Assembly: GCF_024521635.1 (NCBI RefSeq)
Contig: NW_026250403.1
Coordinates: 806,001-870,000 of the forward strand
Origin: Tricharina praecox
Lineage: Eukaryota
Direction: 5' to 3'
Length of the DNA: 64,000 nt
Position numbers and translations under genes: made by a program. Shown here in pieces: positions 1-12,822 of the stretch (the first letter of the stretch is position 1; every line of letters starts with the position of its first letter). The notes beneath the pieces were generated by a model that made no database searches, was not told the origin of the DNA, and was given only the letters and a program-made list of their open reading frames with translations.

Positions 1-32
1 TTGATGCCAATGTTCTCAGGACGGGCAGACAT
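1..32 (-). CDS. ERG13: HMG-CoA synthase, N-terminal fragment (gene continues left of the window)
   Basis: The reverse complement reads CCAACC-ATG TCT GCC CGT CCT GAG AAC ATT GGC ATC AA = MSARPENIGIK. This matches the characteristic N-terminus of filamentous-ascomycete HMG-CoA synthases (MSARPQNIGIKAIE...). The Kozak context is good and the upstream leader is CT-rich. Only 11 codons are visible. Confidence 0.75.
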   Translation of the reverse strand, partial: MSARPENIGI

Positions 33-1536
33 GGTTGGAGAGGTTAGGGTGCGTGTAGGGAGAAGATTGATAGTTTTGAGGATCGCGTCGTGAGGAAGCT
101 AAAGGACTCGTGAATTGGACAATGGAAGGCGTGGGAAACAACGACGATACGAGCTGGTGAGAAGAGAAGGAGAAGGAGGAGAGTTCGGGTGACGGCGAGA
201 TTTAGCAGGAAGCAGCCAAAGGCGGACGGGAGAGGGGCAGCACGAGCACTTTATGGAGGCGAGTTGGGGGGGTTGATTGATGAGGTTGGGGGAGGGCCGA
301 TAGTTCGCAGTGGCTTGGGTTTAGTGGGAAATTGGCTTTCGATTTCGGGAAGGCGTCGTGTTCAACACCACGTCCGAAAACCGCTTGCACAACCCAGAAC
401 CGATGACCTGCTCCCAACCAACAAACAGCTGTCAACGCGGATGTGCTGGGTGCTGTCCGGACGATCCTTGAGAGGTTGGTTGGTTGAGGAGGATCGGGGA
501 GGGGGTGGATGCTATTCGCAACTCTGGCCTACTCTACTGAGGGCTTGTGAGCTTCGAGTTGAGTTCGCTTCTTTTCCTGAGCGTTTTTGTTGCGAACCAC
601 CATCCCGAAGACTCCGCACGTGCGCACGAGGGGGGCGGCGAGATATGGCACCGAGAGGAGGAGCCAGGGGGCGCCAAAGGCGGCCTGCTGTTGTTGAGGT
701 GATGCTTGTTTAGCATTGTTTACCGTCTCGCCATCTCCGTTGCCATTGCGCCCCTTGCCTTCGTTGCGCCATACCGCTAAGATAAATAATCGTAAGCTCT
801 TTGATGCAGCAATGAGCATCTTATCGTCTTGGCAACGTCAGGGTCGCTTCGCATCAAGTGGGATGTACTCTTCCTCTTCTTACTGGATGGGGTGTTCCGC
901 TTCGGACTGCTGAACGGGAAATGTCCAGCGGCGGGTGGAGACTTGTGGGGGAAAAGAAAAAAAAGAGAAAGAGCTGTCCGAACGACAACAACAACAAGTG
1001 ACAACTCCATTAGCTCGAGACAGACTGCCGGGCACCACGGCCATCAACCAGACCTGACCAGCACCATAGTCCATGGACACTTCTCTCTGCTGCTCTCCGC
1101 TGCACGCATAAGTATCATGTACCCAAGTAGCCACGACTCCATCCCTCGGATCGGCCAATGGCGAACTTGCATCTTCCGCCGTTCTATACATACTCTAGAT
1201 GCATCACCGATTCCATGCAACCGATTCCTCCGGTGTAAAGAGTGTCCTCTGGCTACATATCCTTCACCACCGGGGGGAAAAAGTCACTCTACGTACGAAC
1301 ACAGGTACATAGAGTATGTATCATCACGGTCACTTTGCACATCTATAGAGCACTCTATGTAGTAGAGCGATTGTTTCTGCAAGGATAGGGACCTGACACC
1401 TATGCAGGTTCACGCCCATCGTTCTTTTTCGCTCTGCGTCCCCCTATGTATCGGCTAGGTACTCTAAGGGAACCGGAGTCGAGTGCAAACAGCTGCCCAT
1501 GCCCACCGCCGCCGCTTGCACACACCCTACGGGAAT

Positions 1537-3019
1537 CTATCTCAACCTCTGCAAGACCTTGAGCAGGTCTCCCAGAACACCCATAGCGGTGACATCTGCG
1601 CCGGCACTGTGAAGGGAATCATATCGATCAGCAAAGGGCTTTTGCAACCAAAGCAAGGGAAGGAACGCAGGTGGAGTTTTACCCCGCTCCTTGAACGATG
1701 AGCGGATTGTTGCCGTATCTCTCGGTGTAGAAACTGATGATGTTGTCGCTGCCCTTCAGCCCAGCGATCGAACTACCCTTGTTGAAGCTAAGATGTCGTG
1801 AAGAAATTTTATCAGATTTTTTCTCGCACTTATCAGATCCGCACCGACCCGACCAGGGATGAACCTTGGCACGTGGGGGGGGGGGGGGGGGGTGTAGATA
1901 GATGCATGTGGCGGGGTGAGTGAGAAACCACTTACGTCTCCAACCCCACTTTCACCTCCTTCGTTTCAACGTTCAAGCTACCGACGTATCGTACGACAGC
2001 CCCCTTTGCCTCGGCTTCCTCCTTGATCTTGGTCATGTCGCCATCGAACTCTCCAAGGCCACCAAGGAACTCGTCCGCGCTCTTGGCCGACTCCAGAGGT
2101 CCCGGAATGAGCGACTGAATGGGGAACGAAGTTGGTGACTCGACCTCCAATCCGCAGAGACGCGCAAGAATCGTGAGCTTCCTGGCCACATCGAGACCAT
2201 TGAGGTCATCGCGGGGGTCTGGCTCCTGTATAGTAGTAGTGAACCGTCAGCGTCCCCCGCACCCAGCAAATCACTCGCACGGGTGACAAACAGTGTAGCC
2301 AAGCTGCTGTGCTTCCTTGACACAGGCGGCGAAGCCCTTTCCACCGTTGTTACCGTCTAGAGGTGCAAAGCTGTTGAACAGGAAGCTCATGGTTCCCGAG
2401 AAGATGCCCTCGATCGTTTTGATGCGGTCACCGGTCTCCACAAGCTCCTTGAGGGTGCTCAGTACTGGCAGACCAGCACCAACGGTGGCCTCGTGGAAAA
2501 CATAACCACCCTTGGGGTTGCCTCCGTTTGCGGCGGCCGCGTAGATATCCTTCCACAGGCTGATGTTGCCCGAGAAGCCCTTCTTGTTGGGAGTCACGAT
2601 GTGGATTCCGTTGGAGAGGAAAAGCGGGTAGGACGTAGCCAGGGACTCATCGGAAGTGTTGTCGACGAGGATCACAGGGCCGGGGGCCGCCTTAAGGAAC
2701 TCCAGTGTCTGGGTGGGGTACGAGAGCGGGGACGTGCTGGACGAGGCAAGCTCCTCGGACCACTTGCTAAGGTCCAACGGCGCGTAGTTCTGCGAGACCA
2801 ATGCCTTGCTCGAACGCGAGATAAGGATGGTGGCGAGCGATGCAGATGGGTTCCGGGCGATGTAGCCTGCAAGCTGCGAGATGAAGGCTTTCCCGACACC
2901 ACCAGCACCTATGCAAACAATCCAATCATCAGCACCCACCCACCCCGCCATCAACTGCAAGATCGATCCACTAAGCGGGGAAAGCACAGACCGATGATAG
3001 CGACGTGTACGTTAGACAT
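1537..3019 (-). CDS. HOM6: Homoserine dehydrogenase, 5 exons (~3019-2992, 2908-2292, 2225-1936, 1787-1684, ~1607-1537)
   Basis: The spliced product has the Rossmann motif AIIGAGGVG, plus VDNTS, VTPNKK, EATVGAGLP, GIFSGT, GYTEPDPRDDLNGLDVARK and GAGAGADVTAMGV. Introns are GT-AG with matching phases. Confidence 0.96.
1875..1893. repeat. Poly-G run (19 nt) within HOM6 intron 3
   Basis: Homopolymer seen directly in the sequence. Confidence 0.9.
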
Positions 3020-3559
3020 TTTGCGAGAAGACTGTGTATTTTTGCGATGGTAGTTAGCCAATTGAGTTTCGAGATCGATGCGATGGAGCTGCGAGGGCGG
3101 GGTAAAAATTCTGAGATTTTTTTGACATTGCCCTCAGCCCTACGAGGGGTACCGATTTTTAGCCCCGTTTCTTCTATGACCTACCCCACACTCTCGCTCC
3201 GCGTGCGCCATGTGGGAGGGACACTGGGACACAAGTATAATCTGATCCGATCACGCGAGCGAGCGAGCTTCACACCCTCATCGTCCAATAAAATTTATAT
3301 GGCTCTCCCACGATTGATTGCGAGTGATGATGTTCCGCCCACAGTTGAACCTCCCCCCACCACCCACAGCCTCCGCCCGCGTCTGTAGCGCCAAAGAGCG
3401 ATTGCCGAAATTCCCGAATGGCAAAACTGTCCAGCCCCTGTAGTTATGTAGATGCAACATCAGCCGTATCCATCTCGGTAGTTGCCATAGTATATAGCGT
3501 CATACGCGTGTCCCACTGTCCCTAGCCTCCTCCCCGCGCCCGCGCCCGCGTTCCCTTCC

Positions 3560-3623
3560 CACCGTCACCGTCACCGTCACCGTCACCGTCACCGTCACCG
3601 TCACCGTCACCGTCACCGTCACC
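3560..3623. repeat. (CACCGT)~10 hexanucleotide microsatellite in the leader of the small membrane-protein gene
   Basis: Tandem repeat seen directly. Confidence 0.95.
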
Positions 3624-3664
3624 TCACCTCACACGATCGCTCGCTCGCTCGCAGACTCGCGAAA

Positions 3665-4069
3665 ATGTCGCTGCTATCGCTATCCCTAGACCCAGCCGAT
3701 ATCTGCGCACGCCTGCTGCACGCTTTCCAGGTCTTTGAGTCTTGGACCGTCCGCATCGCCGTATGCCCTCCTCCACATCCTCTTCCTCCTGCCTATCTCA
3801 AACCAGGATGACAGACTGATTAACGTGGGAGTACGCAGTTCGCGATCGGAATGTTCCTCATCTTTCCCGGATTGCTCTACGTGCTCTACGACTGCCTCCT
3901 CTACGTCGTGAGGTCGCTCGTGTACACGGGTGCCACTGCTAAGGCGGCTCGGGGGCCGGACGGGAGGGGGAGGGGGAGGGGGAGTGTTGCGAGCTTGAGC
4001 GACGGAGAGGATGGGGAGGACGACGAGGAGGATGAGAAGAAGGAAAAGCAGGTGACGGCGGCGGCGTGA
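3665..4069 (+). CDS. Small single-pass membrane protein of unknown function, ~108 aa, 2 exons (3665-3760, 3839-4069)
   Basis: Starts in an AAAATG context. The intron GTATGC...CTGAT...CAG joins in phase 0 to give MSLLSLSLDPADICARLLHAFQVFESWTVRIA|FAIGMFLIFPGLLYVLYDCLLYVVRS..., a hydrophobic segment followed by an RG/acidic tail. Confidence 0.7.
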
Positions 4070-5187
4070 TCGATACCCCTTTGCATCATTGGTTCGGGCT
4101 TTTGGGAGGGCATGGGAGAGGGGGGGGAGGGGCTGAGTGGTGGGGCGTTTTTTATGACTTTACTTGATGTTACGATGCGATGATACCATAGTTATGTGGC
4201 AGGCGCCTGTGCGCCCGCGTGTGTGCGTGTGTGTGTACTTATGCCGGGAGATGTAGAGTACATGCGATGAGCTTTTTTGTTTGTATCTGTCGTAGATCCG
4301 CTCATGATCATGTTAGGCTGGAGTAAGGTCTTGCTTGCAAGACCGGAGATAATCCTACTGTGATGTCGCTTGGTGCTGGAAAGCACAGCGAAGGGATGGC
4401 GGCCTTCCCGGCAATTCTCGAGCCGGATCGACATACAAATTCTTCGGAGTCCGGCTGACTGCGCGTCCGAGAGAGAGAGAGAATAGACCGCATCCAGATC
4501 ACTTCCCGTCTGTCCTCTAACCCAGGCCCGTAACTAATCCGTGCTGTCGGGACTCCCACTCACATGCCCACTGCCCGACCAGAAGCAGCGTCCACCCGCC
4601 GCCATCGGCGGCTAAATAAGGTTCCACTTGCATCTTGGCAGCAGCGTCTGTGGCGGCAATTTCAGCCCTAGGCACACCGGCCCTGTGATTGCACGTCGAC
4701 TGTCGACTGTCGACATCCGTTTGCGTGCGTGCATCTACCAGTGGGGGCGTACGCCGTACGGATCAGATGGGATCCTCGGGAATGCGAATGGGAAGGTGGG
4801 TTGAGAGGTCTGGGCTCTCGGTACCTAATGTACCACCACCCACCACGACCACGACTACGATTACCACGTGCTTGCCACCGTCATACGACTCCTGTGCGAA
4901 TTTCGCGTGTTTGTAGATACCGTACCTACCGCCTTCGTTTGAAGGGTAGGTAAGATGAACTATGCGGGGTTCGATGCCCGACCTGCCTGCCTGCGCATGT
5001 GGAGTGGAATCGAAACTTGCAATTACCGGCATGCAGTTGCCGCGAAAGGGAATGCCGGCTTGAAGGATTACATATGGCCAGTGCTTGTATGTAACTGAGC
5101 ATGTATGAAGTAGCAAACGGGAAAGGCGACGAGTAAAAAATAAAATAAAAAAAGGTCGGAAAATGCACAAAAAAAGAAGAATGCCCT

Positions 5188-6261
5188 TCACTCATCCCCA
5201 CAGGCAAGTACTAGCTCCCTGAGCTCCCTATCTCTGACCCAATCGACGCCGCTGGCGACGACGACGGCCTGCGCAACGTTCCTGGTGACCTCCCACATTA
5301 TCTTCGCATCCTTGAGCTCCTTCTCTGCAGCGATGTGATCCTCTCCTCGGAATTTCGCATTCTCCGCGTCGCGCTGCGCAGACAGCAGCAGCAGTCGGTC
5401 TGCCATCTCCTTGTTCCGCAGCTGCGCGTCCACTATCGCCCGCCCACTGCTGACCAAAGAGTCCTGCGTGCGTATCAGCATCTGCGAAATGTTCGCGTGC
5501 GTCTCCGCCAGGGCATCGCGGCGCGCAAGGAGTGGCAAGAGCGCTCTGTGATGCATGTCAGTACCGATCACCATTCATCCACCCATCCTGTGGGGCTTCC
5601 AAACAGAAATGCATACCTCTGCCGAGCCGTAGTAGCAGCATCGGGGTGTATCGCCTTCAACAGCGGGCCGGTAACAAGTGTGGCCTCGACCGCCGCCTCC
5701 TTGAGCCGTCTGTTCGCCTGAGCCTCCGCCAGCTCCCTCTCCAGGAGCTCAATCTGCTGCTGCTCGATATCGTCTACCGTCCACCCGTCCATCAGCACTT
5801 CATCCATTCATCCATCCATCACCCACTCCACCCCGCCCCGCCCCCCCACCATTCCAACCGACCCCCACCAAAGGTGACAATTCCCCCAAAACCAGCAAGG
5901 GTCGCCCACAGAAAGGATGAATCCATAGATAGACCGATAAACCGATAGACCGATAGATATACATACCCGTGCCAGTGCCAGTGCCAGTGCCAGTGGCTCC
6001 TGCCGCCCCCGCCCTCGCCGCTGCCAGCTCCGCCTCCAGCGTCCGACGCTGCAACGTGACGTTCAGCAGCTTATCATGCAACGCGAGGAGCTGCTGTTCG
6101 CGGTCACTCAACAGCAGCGACAACGACGTCGACGTCGACGCTAGACTGCCGGTGTTCCCCCCAGCGCCCGCTCCCCCCGCACCCCCAAGCACCGAAAAGC
6201 CGACTGGGTGCGATTGCGTCGAGAAGAGCAGTGCTAGGCTCGTCGCGCGCAGCTGGTCCAT
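5188..6261 (-). CDS. Kinetochore protein of the CENP-H/Fta3 (Mcm16) family, 3 exons (6261-5967, 5773-5617, 5545-5188)
   Basis: Coiled-coil protein ending in WEVTRNVAQAVVVASGVDWVRDRELRELVL, the typical fungal CENP-H C-terminal motif. Two GTATG..AG introns have consistent phases. Confidence 0.8.
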
Positions 6262-8118
6262 CTTGACTTGACTGCGTGCTTGTCTGCGTGCTTGTCTGCT
6301 GGTTGTTTGTGTGAAAGACACGTCGGTTGGATTGCGGCGGGTAGTTATTTAGGTATGTAGGGTCGGACAGGGGAGGAGTAGGTAGGGACCACCGGTAGTG
6401 TAGTGCAGTGTAGTTACATAGAGTACATGGTAGACATTCAGATCGTCAAAGAAACAAACCATGCACAGGTAACAAGTACTCTACTCTACTTACCTAGTAC
6501 GGTACATACCGTAGTGTACAGCCTGTACAGTCGTATCCGGACGACGAACGACCAACTACCGTAACGGAGAATTAGAGCCCCTCACTCACGACTCACGAGG
6601 GCACTTCTTTTAACTTTACGGTATTGAAGAAATGAAAGTTTTGCCGTTCTCAGCAGCCTGCCAAAGCTTTGGTTAGGCGCACATACTATGAAATATTGCT
6701 GGATTGGGCTGTCGCACCGCGCTAACAGGGATCCTCACATGTTCAATGTCCAATGTTCCATAAACTCCGTCTCAAGCTCATGGACACTGGACACTGGTCT
6801 TCCTCCCGCCCTCCCCCCACCTACAGACTCCCACGTCTACAAGCGCCATACACCTTCGGGCTTGTACAATTACCCAGGGTGAGCCTTGAGGTCGAGGGGG
6901 TCTCCGGAGATTCCGACGCCGGCTCGACGGAATCCTCCCCTCCCATTCACTCCACAAAGTAACAACTACCTATCCCAGTTCGAAGTAACTATGATACAAC
7001 CCCTGCGGAGTGGGGCATATGGAGTGGGGCATAAAACCGTCGGGACCCGGAAAGAGGGTATGTATGGTATGGTATGTATGATTTCGTCGGACGAAACTAG
7101 GCAGCCAGGCTCCAGCAGCTGTGTGTAAGCCGTGCTCCCAGCTGTAAGCTGTACATAAGTAAGCTGTAAGCTGTAAAGTAGAGTAGGCAGATCGAATCGA
7201 AGGCAGATCGAAGGCACGAAAAAAAGGTGAGGCCAGGTCAGGTCGTTGGTCAAGTCAAGGGCCGGCAAAGGCAGGCAAAGGCAAGGGCAGGCAAGGGCAA
7301 GGGCAATGAACGACAGTGAATGAATGAATGAACGATGCAAATGCAAATGCAACTGCAACTGCAATGCAGGTGCGGCTGCTAAACAAACCCTCGACGCAAC
7401 GCTTGCTTGGCGTGTTCCCCCCAACCTTGCGGACATAGCCGTGGGAACCACACTCACCATCTAAACACCCACTGACTGAACGGGAGCTCACATTTAAATA
7501 GTTGATGGAAGCGTAAGGAAGCCGCCTGCTGCCGTCCTTTTAAATACAAGCAGCGTGTTGTGGCCGCTCTGCTCTGATGTAGATAAGTCCTCAGCAGCAT
7601 ACCCTGTTCTAATCCCATTACTTTTCATTCGCTTTATCAATCAAGGCTCCCGCAATTGTAAACATCCTCCCCAACCCTCCACACAACTACAAATGCCGCC
7701 GTACAAACAAAGGGACCGTCATGGCCGTCATAGGAGACATTTAAACAGAATCCAGCCCTCACGAAAACAATCTCCACAAATGCAATAACCCACCTGGCGA
7801 GTATTAAGGTATGTGTAACTAAGCGCGCTCTGTAGCAGAACCCCCCCGAGTCTTCGTCGCTCGAAATGCACTAAACTCCTGTCTCCCCAGAACCCAGATG
7901 CTAAAAAGACTATGAAAGAAAAGAATAGGAACGAAAAATGATCCGCAATTGCCTAGTAATAGAATCCAGTCGAGAATCCATGTGAAGCCGGAAAGCAAAA
8001 GAAAGAAAGTAAGAACCATACGCTAACGCCAACCAGAAACCCCCTCAAGAACGTCGCATTGTATTGCGACCTGTGAACCATGGAGTCCCACACCGAAGGA
8101 TTTCAAAGGTCCTCCGAA

Positions 8119-11100
8119 TCACGCCTCACTGGTACTGTAGCCAGACTCGGTGCTCTTCGTTGGCTTCCTGTTTGCCTTACGCCAGCTACCTTTCTGGCTT
8201 CCGGAACTCCTATGCTGCGCCTGCGGGGCCTCCTCTTTTATAGCGGAAGAGACGGTATTTGAGGGGCTCGAGTTTTCGGTTAAACCCTGATCCTCCTTGC
8301 CAGAATTTCTCGTACCGCCCTTGGTAGCTGGATTGGTCCTTGCCTTGTGCTTGGTTAAGCGTCCGACGTTCTCCGGATGGGCAACAGTTGACAGCGGGCC
8401 TCCTTCATTCCCAGGGTCCAGACAAGTAGCATTTTGCTTGTAACTGTTAGAGCGAAGACGACGTTTTCCTTTACCAACGATATCATTCGTGGCACCAGCT
8501 TTTCCCTCTCCCTCTCCGTCGATCGGGCTGGATGGTTCGTCCTCCGTCGCGGAGGAAGAAGAGGTGAGACCTGGGACGAGTAGTTCGGCCCCACTGGCTT
8601 CTGCACTTGAGCCCTGCTTAACACCCAGGTTGTCATCATGCCCCCCCGACCTCATTTTGTGGCTTCTCCGGCGAGTGCGTCGGCGCCGTTTTTTCGTGTC
8701 CTGAGGATTATCAATGTCCGGATCGACATTCTCCATATCTTCGTGGCCGGTCTCCGGATACTCATGCCGATCGGTTATCGTTTCAGTGCTCGGAATCTCC
8801 GGTGAAGGGTAGTCTAAGTTGAATGCCGGCTCAACTGGTGTAAGTCTCGTATCTGTCTCCACCTGGATGGCTTGCGGTATCTCAGAGGATGGTTCCTCTT
8901 TTGTCACGATCGGAACCTCCAAAGCATCGCCTGAGTGCGTTTCATTGGAAGGGACTGTGCTAGGAGCCTCCACAGCTAGGACTTGACTCTCAGAAGTGGC
9001 CTGGGGAGGTGTCCAATCGTGCGCAATGATGGAAAGCCTCTTCGGAACAAACTCTTTTGCGTCCGGCTTCAACACTGATGATGACGATCCTGTCTTTGCG
9101 GAAGAATCCACATTCTCCGGCGTCACAACTGGTGCCTGCACTGGTGAGGCATTCTTCAGGATTCCATGGTTTGGCGCCGATATACGGGGGTTCTGCAAGG
9201 GGTGGAACTGGTATTCGGGATACCACACGGTTCTTCCAGGGAGGCTGAATGTAACCGCCGGGCGTGAAGACGCCGCTCGCTTAGATGATTCCGGGATTTC
9301 AATCTGTCTGGAAGATGAATCTTCACCATTTTTTGGAGCGTTGTCGGAATGGAGCGGGTCGAAAAGATCCTCGAGCAAGCGGGGTTCCTTCGATTCCGAT
9401 TTCGGCACAGATTCGTCGCGGTTACTCTGCGTTGACCAGAGCTGAAAGTACTTTCCTTCAAACTGCATCAGCTCCTCATGAGTTCCTTTCTCGATGATCT
9501 TGCCCTCCTTGATGACAACTATGAGATCCGCGCCCATTATCGTCGAAAGGCGATGCCTATATTCCTGTAAGCTGCTGATCATAGATATTTGGAGCCAGCA
9601 CTCACGCCACAATAAACATCGTCCGATCTGTGCCGAGTTTCCTCAGGGCCCCCTGGATCTGGCGTTCGGTTTCCATATCAATCATACTCGTCGCCTCATC
9701 CAGCAAGATGATCTTGGGGTTCTTCAGAATAGCTCTAGCTATCGAAACCTGTTTGAGTGGCGTCAGCCTTAGAGTTACGCTAGGAAAGATCAGCTGTGGA
9801 GTGCAGACTGTCTTATATAAGGCGCTGTGTGGTGCGCAAGAGGGACTTACTCTCTGCAATTCGCCGCCGGAAAGCTTTACGCCACGCTCGCCAACCTTGG
9901 AGTTGTAAGCATCCGGAAAAGTGAGGATCTTCTCGTGAATCGAGGCTGCGCGACACGCCTCGTACACATCTAGTTCGGACTTGTCAGTCATCGTTCCGTT
10001 TTATTCCTAAGCACCATCTCACCTTCGTCTGTGGCATCAAAGTTGGCATATTTGATGTTGTTCATAATCGTGTCATTGAACAATTGTGGGTCCTAATCGT
10101 GTCAGTACTTATGTCTAGCAAACTGACGGCTAACTAACCTGAGGCACAACCCCAATGTGCTCGCGCAGACTTGATAGTTTGATATCCCGGATATCGTGGC
10201 CGTCGATTTTGATAGCGCCAGAGGCGACGTCGTAGAAGCGGAAGAGGAGCTTCAAGCATGTTGTCTTTCCCCCACCGGTTTCCCCCACAAATGCCACCGA
10301 TTTACCCGCTGGTACATGGAGACTGACATCCGTAATCGCGGGTTTTCTAGAGTCATACGAGAAGCAAACGTTCTCAAAGTCGATCGTCCCTTCCAGTTTA
10401 TCCAGCACCAACGCACGCGGGTCATCCCGAACCGCTGACTCTGTCTGGAAGAGCTCCAACAGGCGCTCCGCATCGAGCATTTGAGTCTGAACCCTCCGAT
10501 AGAAGTTTGCGAAGAAGGATAGCGGGGCGGATAACTGAGCCCAGTACGACAGCAGAGTCACAAAGCTGCCGACTGGCTGCACTCCTGTGGTGACTTGATA
10601 GACAGCATAGAAGCAGGCAGCAAGGAGCCCCACCATGAAGATGAGACTCTGGCCCACATTGAGAACCGAGATCCCAATGAGCCATTTGCGCTCAGCTTTC
10701 TGGTAAAGGTTGATAGCTGTCATAATTGATCTCGTCAGCACCCATGATACGACGCTAGGGACACCGGAATGAAGTACCTCCACGAAAACGGTTCTGCTCG
10801 TAACTGATTCGGTTGAAGTACTGGAGCACGTTAGATCCTCTACAACTAACTATAGCTGGAGCAGCGGGACTTACGCTGACGGTGGCCCACGACGACACTG
10901 TTTCGATCAAGATGCTGACTTCATTTTTTCCTGCCTGCACTAATGTGAGTTTAGAATCTTCATAACTCTCGAGAGATCGTGACTGACATTATTAAGTTCC
11001 CTTCTCGTGCTGTTCCTCGCAATACTCAATTTGAATGTAGCGTAAAGGTACACCACCATGACGGAACCGACAATCAATGCCATATAGGTGCCGAAAACGA

Positions 11101-12683
11101 TGAAGAAGTACGCGAAGGCAACAAGGAGATCCGCAAGCATCGGAAAAACCTGAAAGAGGATTGTTTCGACGAATCCATTAACCGCACGGCCTTGCGCTAT
11201 CGAACTCCAAACATCACCGGTCTGCTTGTTGCTGTGAAAGTCATACGAAAGAGACATGACGTGGTTGTAAGCAGCGCCAGTCAGGGAACGATACGAGTAT
11301 TGTTCGATCGGCATCCAGAGGAAGTTTTGCAGGGCCTCAACGCCGGAAGCCGAATCCAGCCATCGCAATGCGACATAAAATGTCAACTGCACCCATGGGA
11401 TACGACCTGCAGTACCAGTTAGCACAAGTGTACATTCCAGCAAGTCCGATCACGGCCCCCCAGTCCATATCCGATTCACCAGCCCACTCTATCCATATGC
11501 AATGGGCCCCACGGGTCCGCGTGGTGTGTCCACCCGGACTGTGGTGCGTGATCCAGGCCGGAAAAGTGGCCTAAAGGTCTGAGAAATTGTGAGGCTTACC
11601 ACCGGCATCCATCAAGGAGTTGGTGACCACACCGAGTTGATGTGGGACCAGAACGTTCAGACCTCTTCCAGCAAGCAAGCATAACCCCACGAGGAACATG
11701 GTGAATTGCAGCCACCGGTCGCCTTGCGGCCAGACATAGGGCCAAAAAATCTGCGATAATCACTGCTGTCAGAAGAATCCTGCGTGTCCACCGGGCCCTC
11801 CCTGATACTGACCGAAAACGACTTTGCGTACGCCCACCAACTTCCACTCTCCTCTATCTTCTTCAGCATCCTCTCCTTAGCTTTTCTCATTGCTTCGGCC
11901 TCGCCATCGTCAGCCACGCCATCGGAATCCGACACCGATCCGTAAATAGAAGGCGAAGCCTGGCCGTCTTCCGAACAAAGCAAGCGAGCCGATTCCTCGC
12001 CAATGGGGTCGTCCGGATCCTGGCCCCAGACAGCCCACAGGCCTAGCGGCAAAACAAGGAACATCAGGAGCCGTGATCCTTCGACACAGAGTCTGGCAAT
12101 CTCGAAATTATTGGGGGCCTTGTTTGTCGCGAGAGAGAGACCAAACAAGGAGACTTCGGCCACCATGGAAAGGAGCCATGAGCCATAGTATGGATACCAG
12201 GTGGGGTTCCGCGTGTCGAGCAAAACAAGCTCCATGGATCCCCACAGCATTATGGACATCAAAAGGTAAACCTGGGACAGGGTCAGCCCAACGCCGCAAA
12301 GCTCAGTCGTGCTACCTCGGGTACACACCACATTATCTGACGAACTCCACCATCCACTCTCGGCCAAGGAGCGCAGGCACATCAACGCCGCTTCGCCAAC
12401 CTGCAAAAATCCAAAACTTGTCAGTCGAGAGCGCCAAACAAATATATATGTTCCCAATATCTTGGGACGAATGGAAAGCACTCACATAGCTCACAATGAC
12501 TGCCAATTGCAGCATGATGAACAATCGTTTCCGATGATCTCTCTGGGGTGCGGTCCGACTTGCGAGGGTGCACATAGTGATAACCTGGGATCCGACGAAC
12601 CAGACAAGAAATGCAGAAGGATACACATAGTGTATGAGGCGGATGACGTCGAAGACGGCATTCGTAGGAGAAAGTGCAGCCAT
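8119..12683 (-). CDS. Half-size ABC transporter, Hmt1/ABCB6 (heavy metal tolerance) type, multi-exon (~11 exons), with a long C-terminal extension
   Basis: Extra N-terminal TM region, then an ABC TMD (FWPYVWP, FHSNKQTG, LLSYWAQLSAPL). The NBD has Walker A GETGGGKTT, Q-loop VVPQD, signature LSGGELQR, Walker B IILLDEATS and H-loop AHRLST. All traced introns are GT-AG. Confidence 0.92.
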
Positions 12684-12822
12684 AGCGAAGATACCGGGGG
12701 TGGGTTGGTAAAAGGAGGGGAACCAACTACCGCAGTAACTTCGACAGTGACGGTGTCTGAGAGGGATGAAAGGGAAGAGCTGAGCTGAGGGACTCAGAGC
12801 GAAATATGTTGTTGTGTATCGA

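Noticed and set aside
189-1362. ORFs and a possible 5'-UTR intron upstream of ERG13
   Set aside because: The translations are not protein-like. The acceptor near 685 has only a weak branch point and no clear donor.
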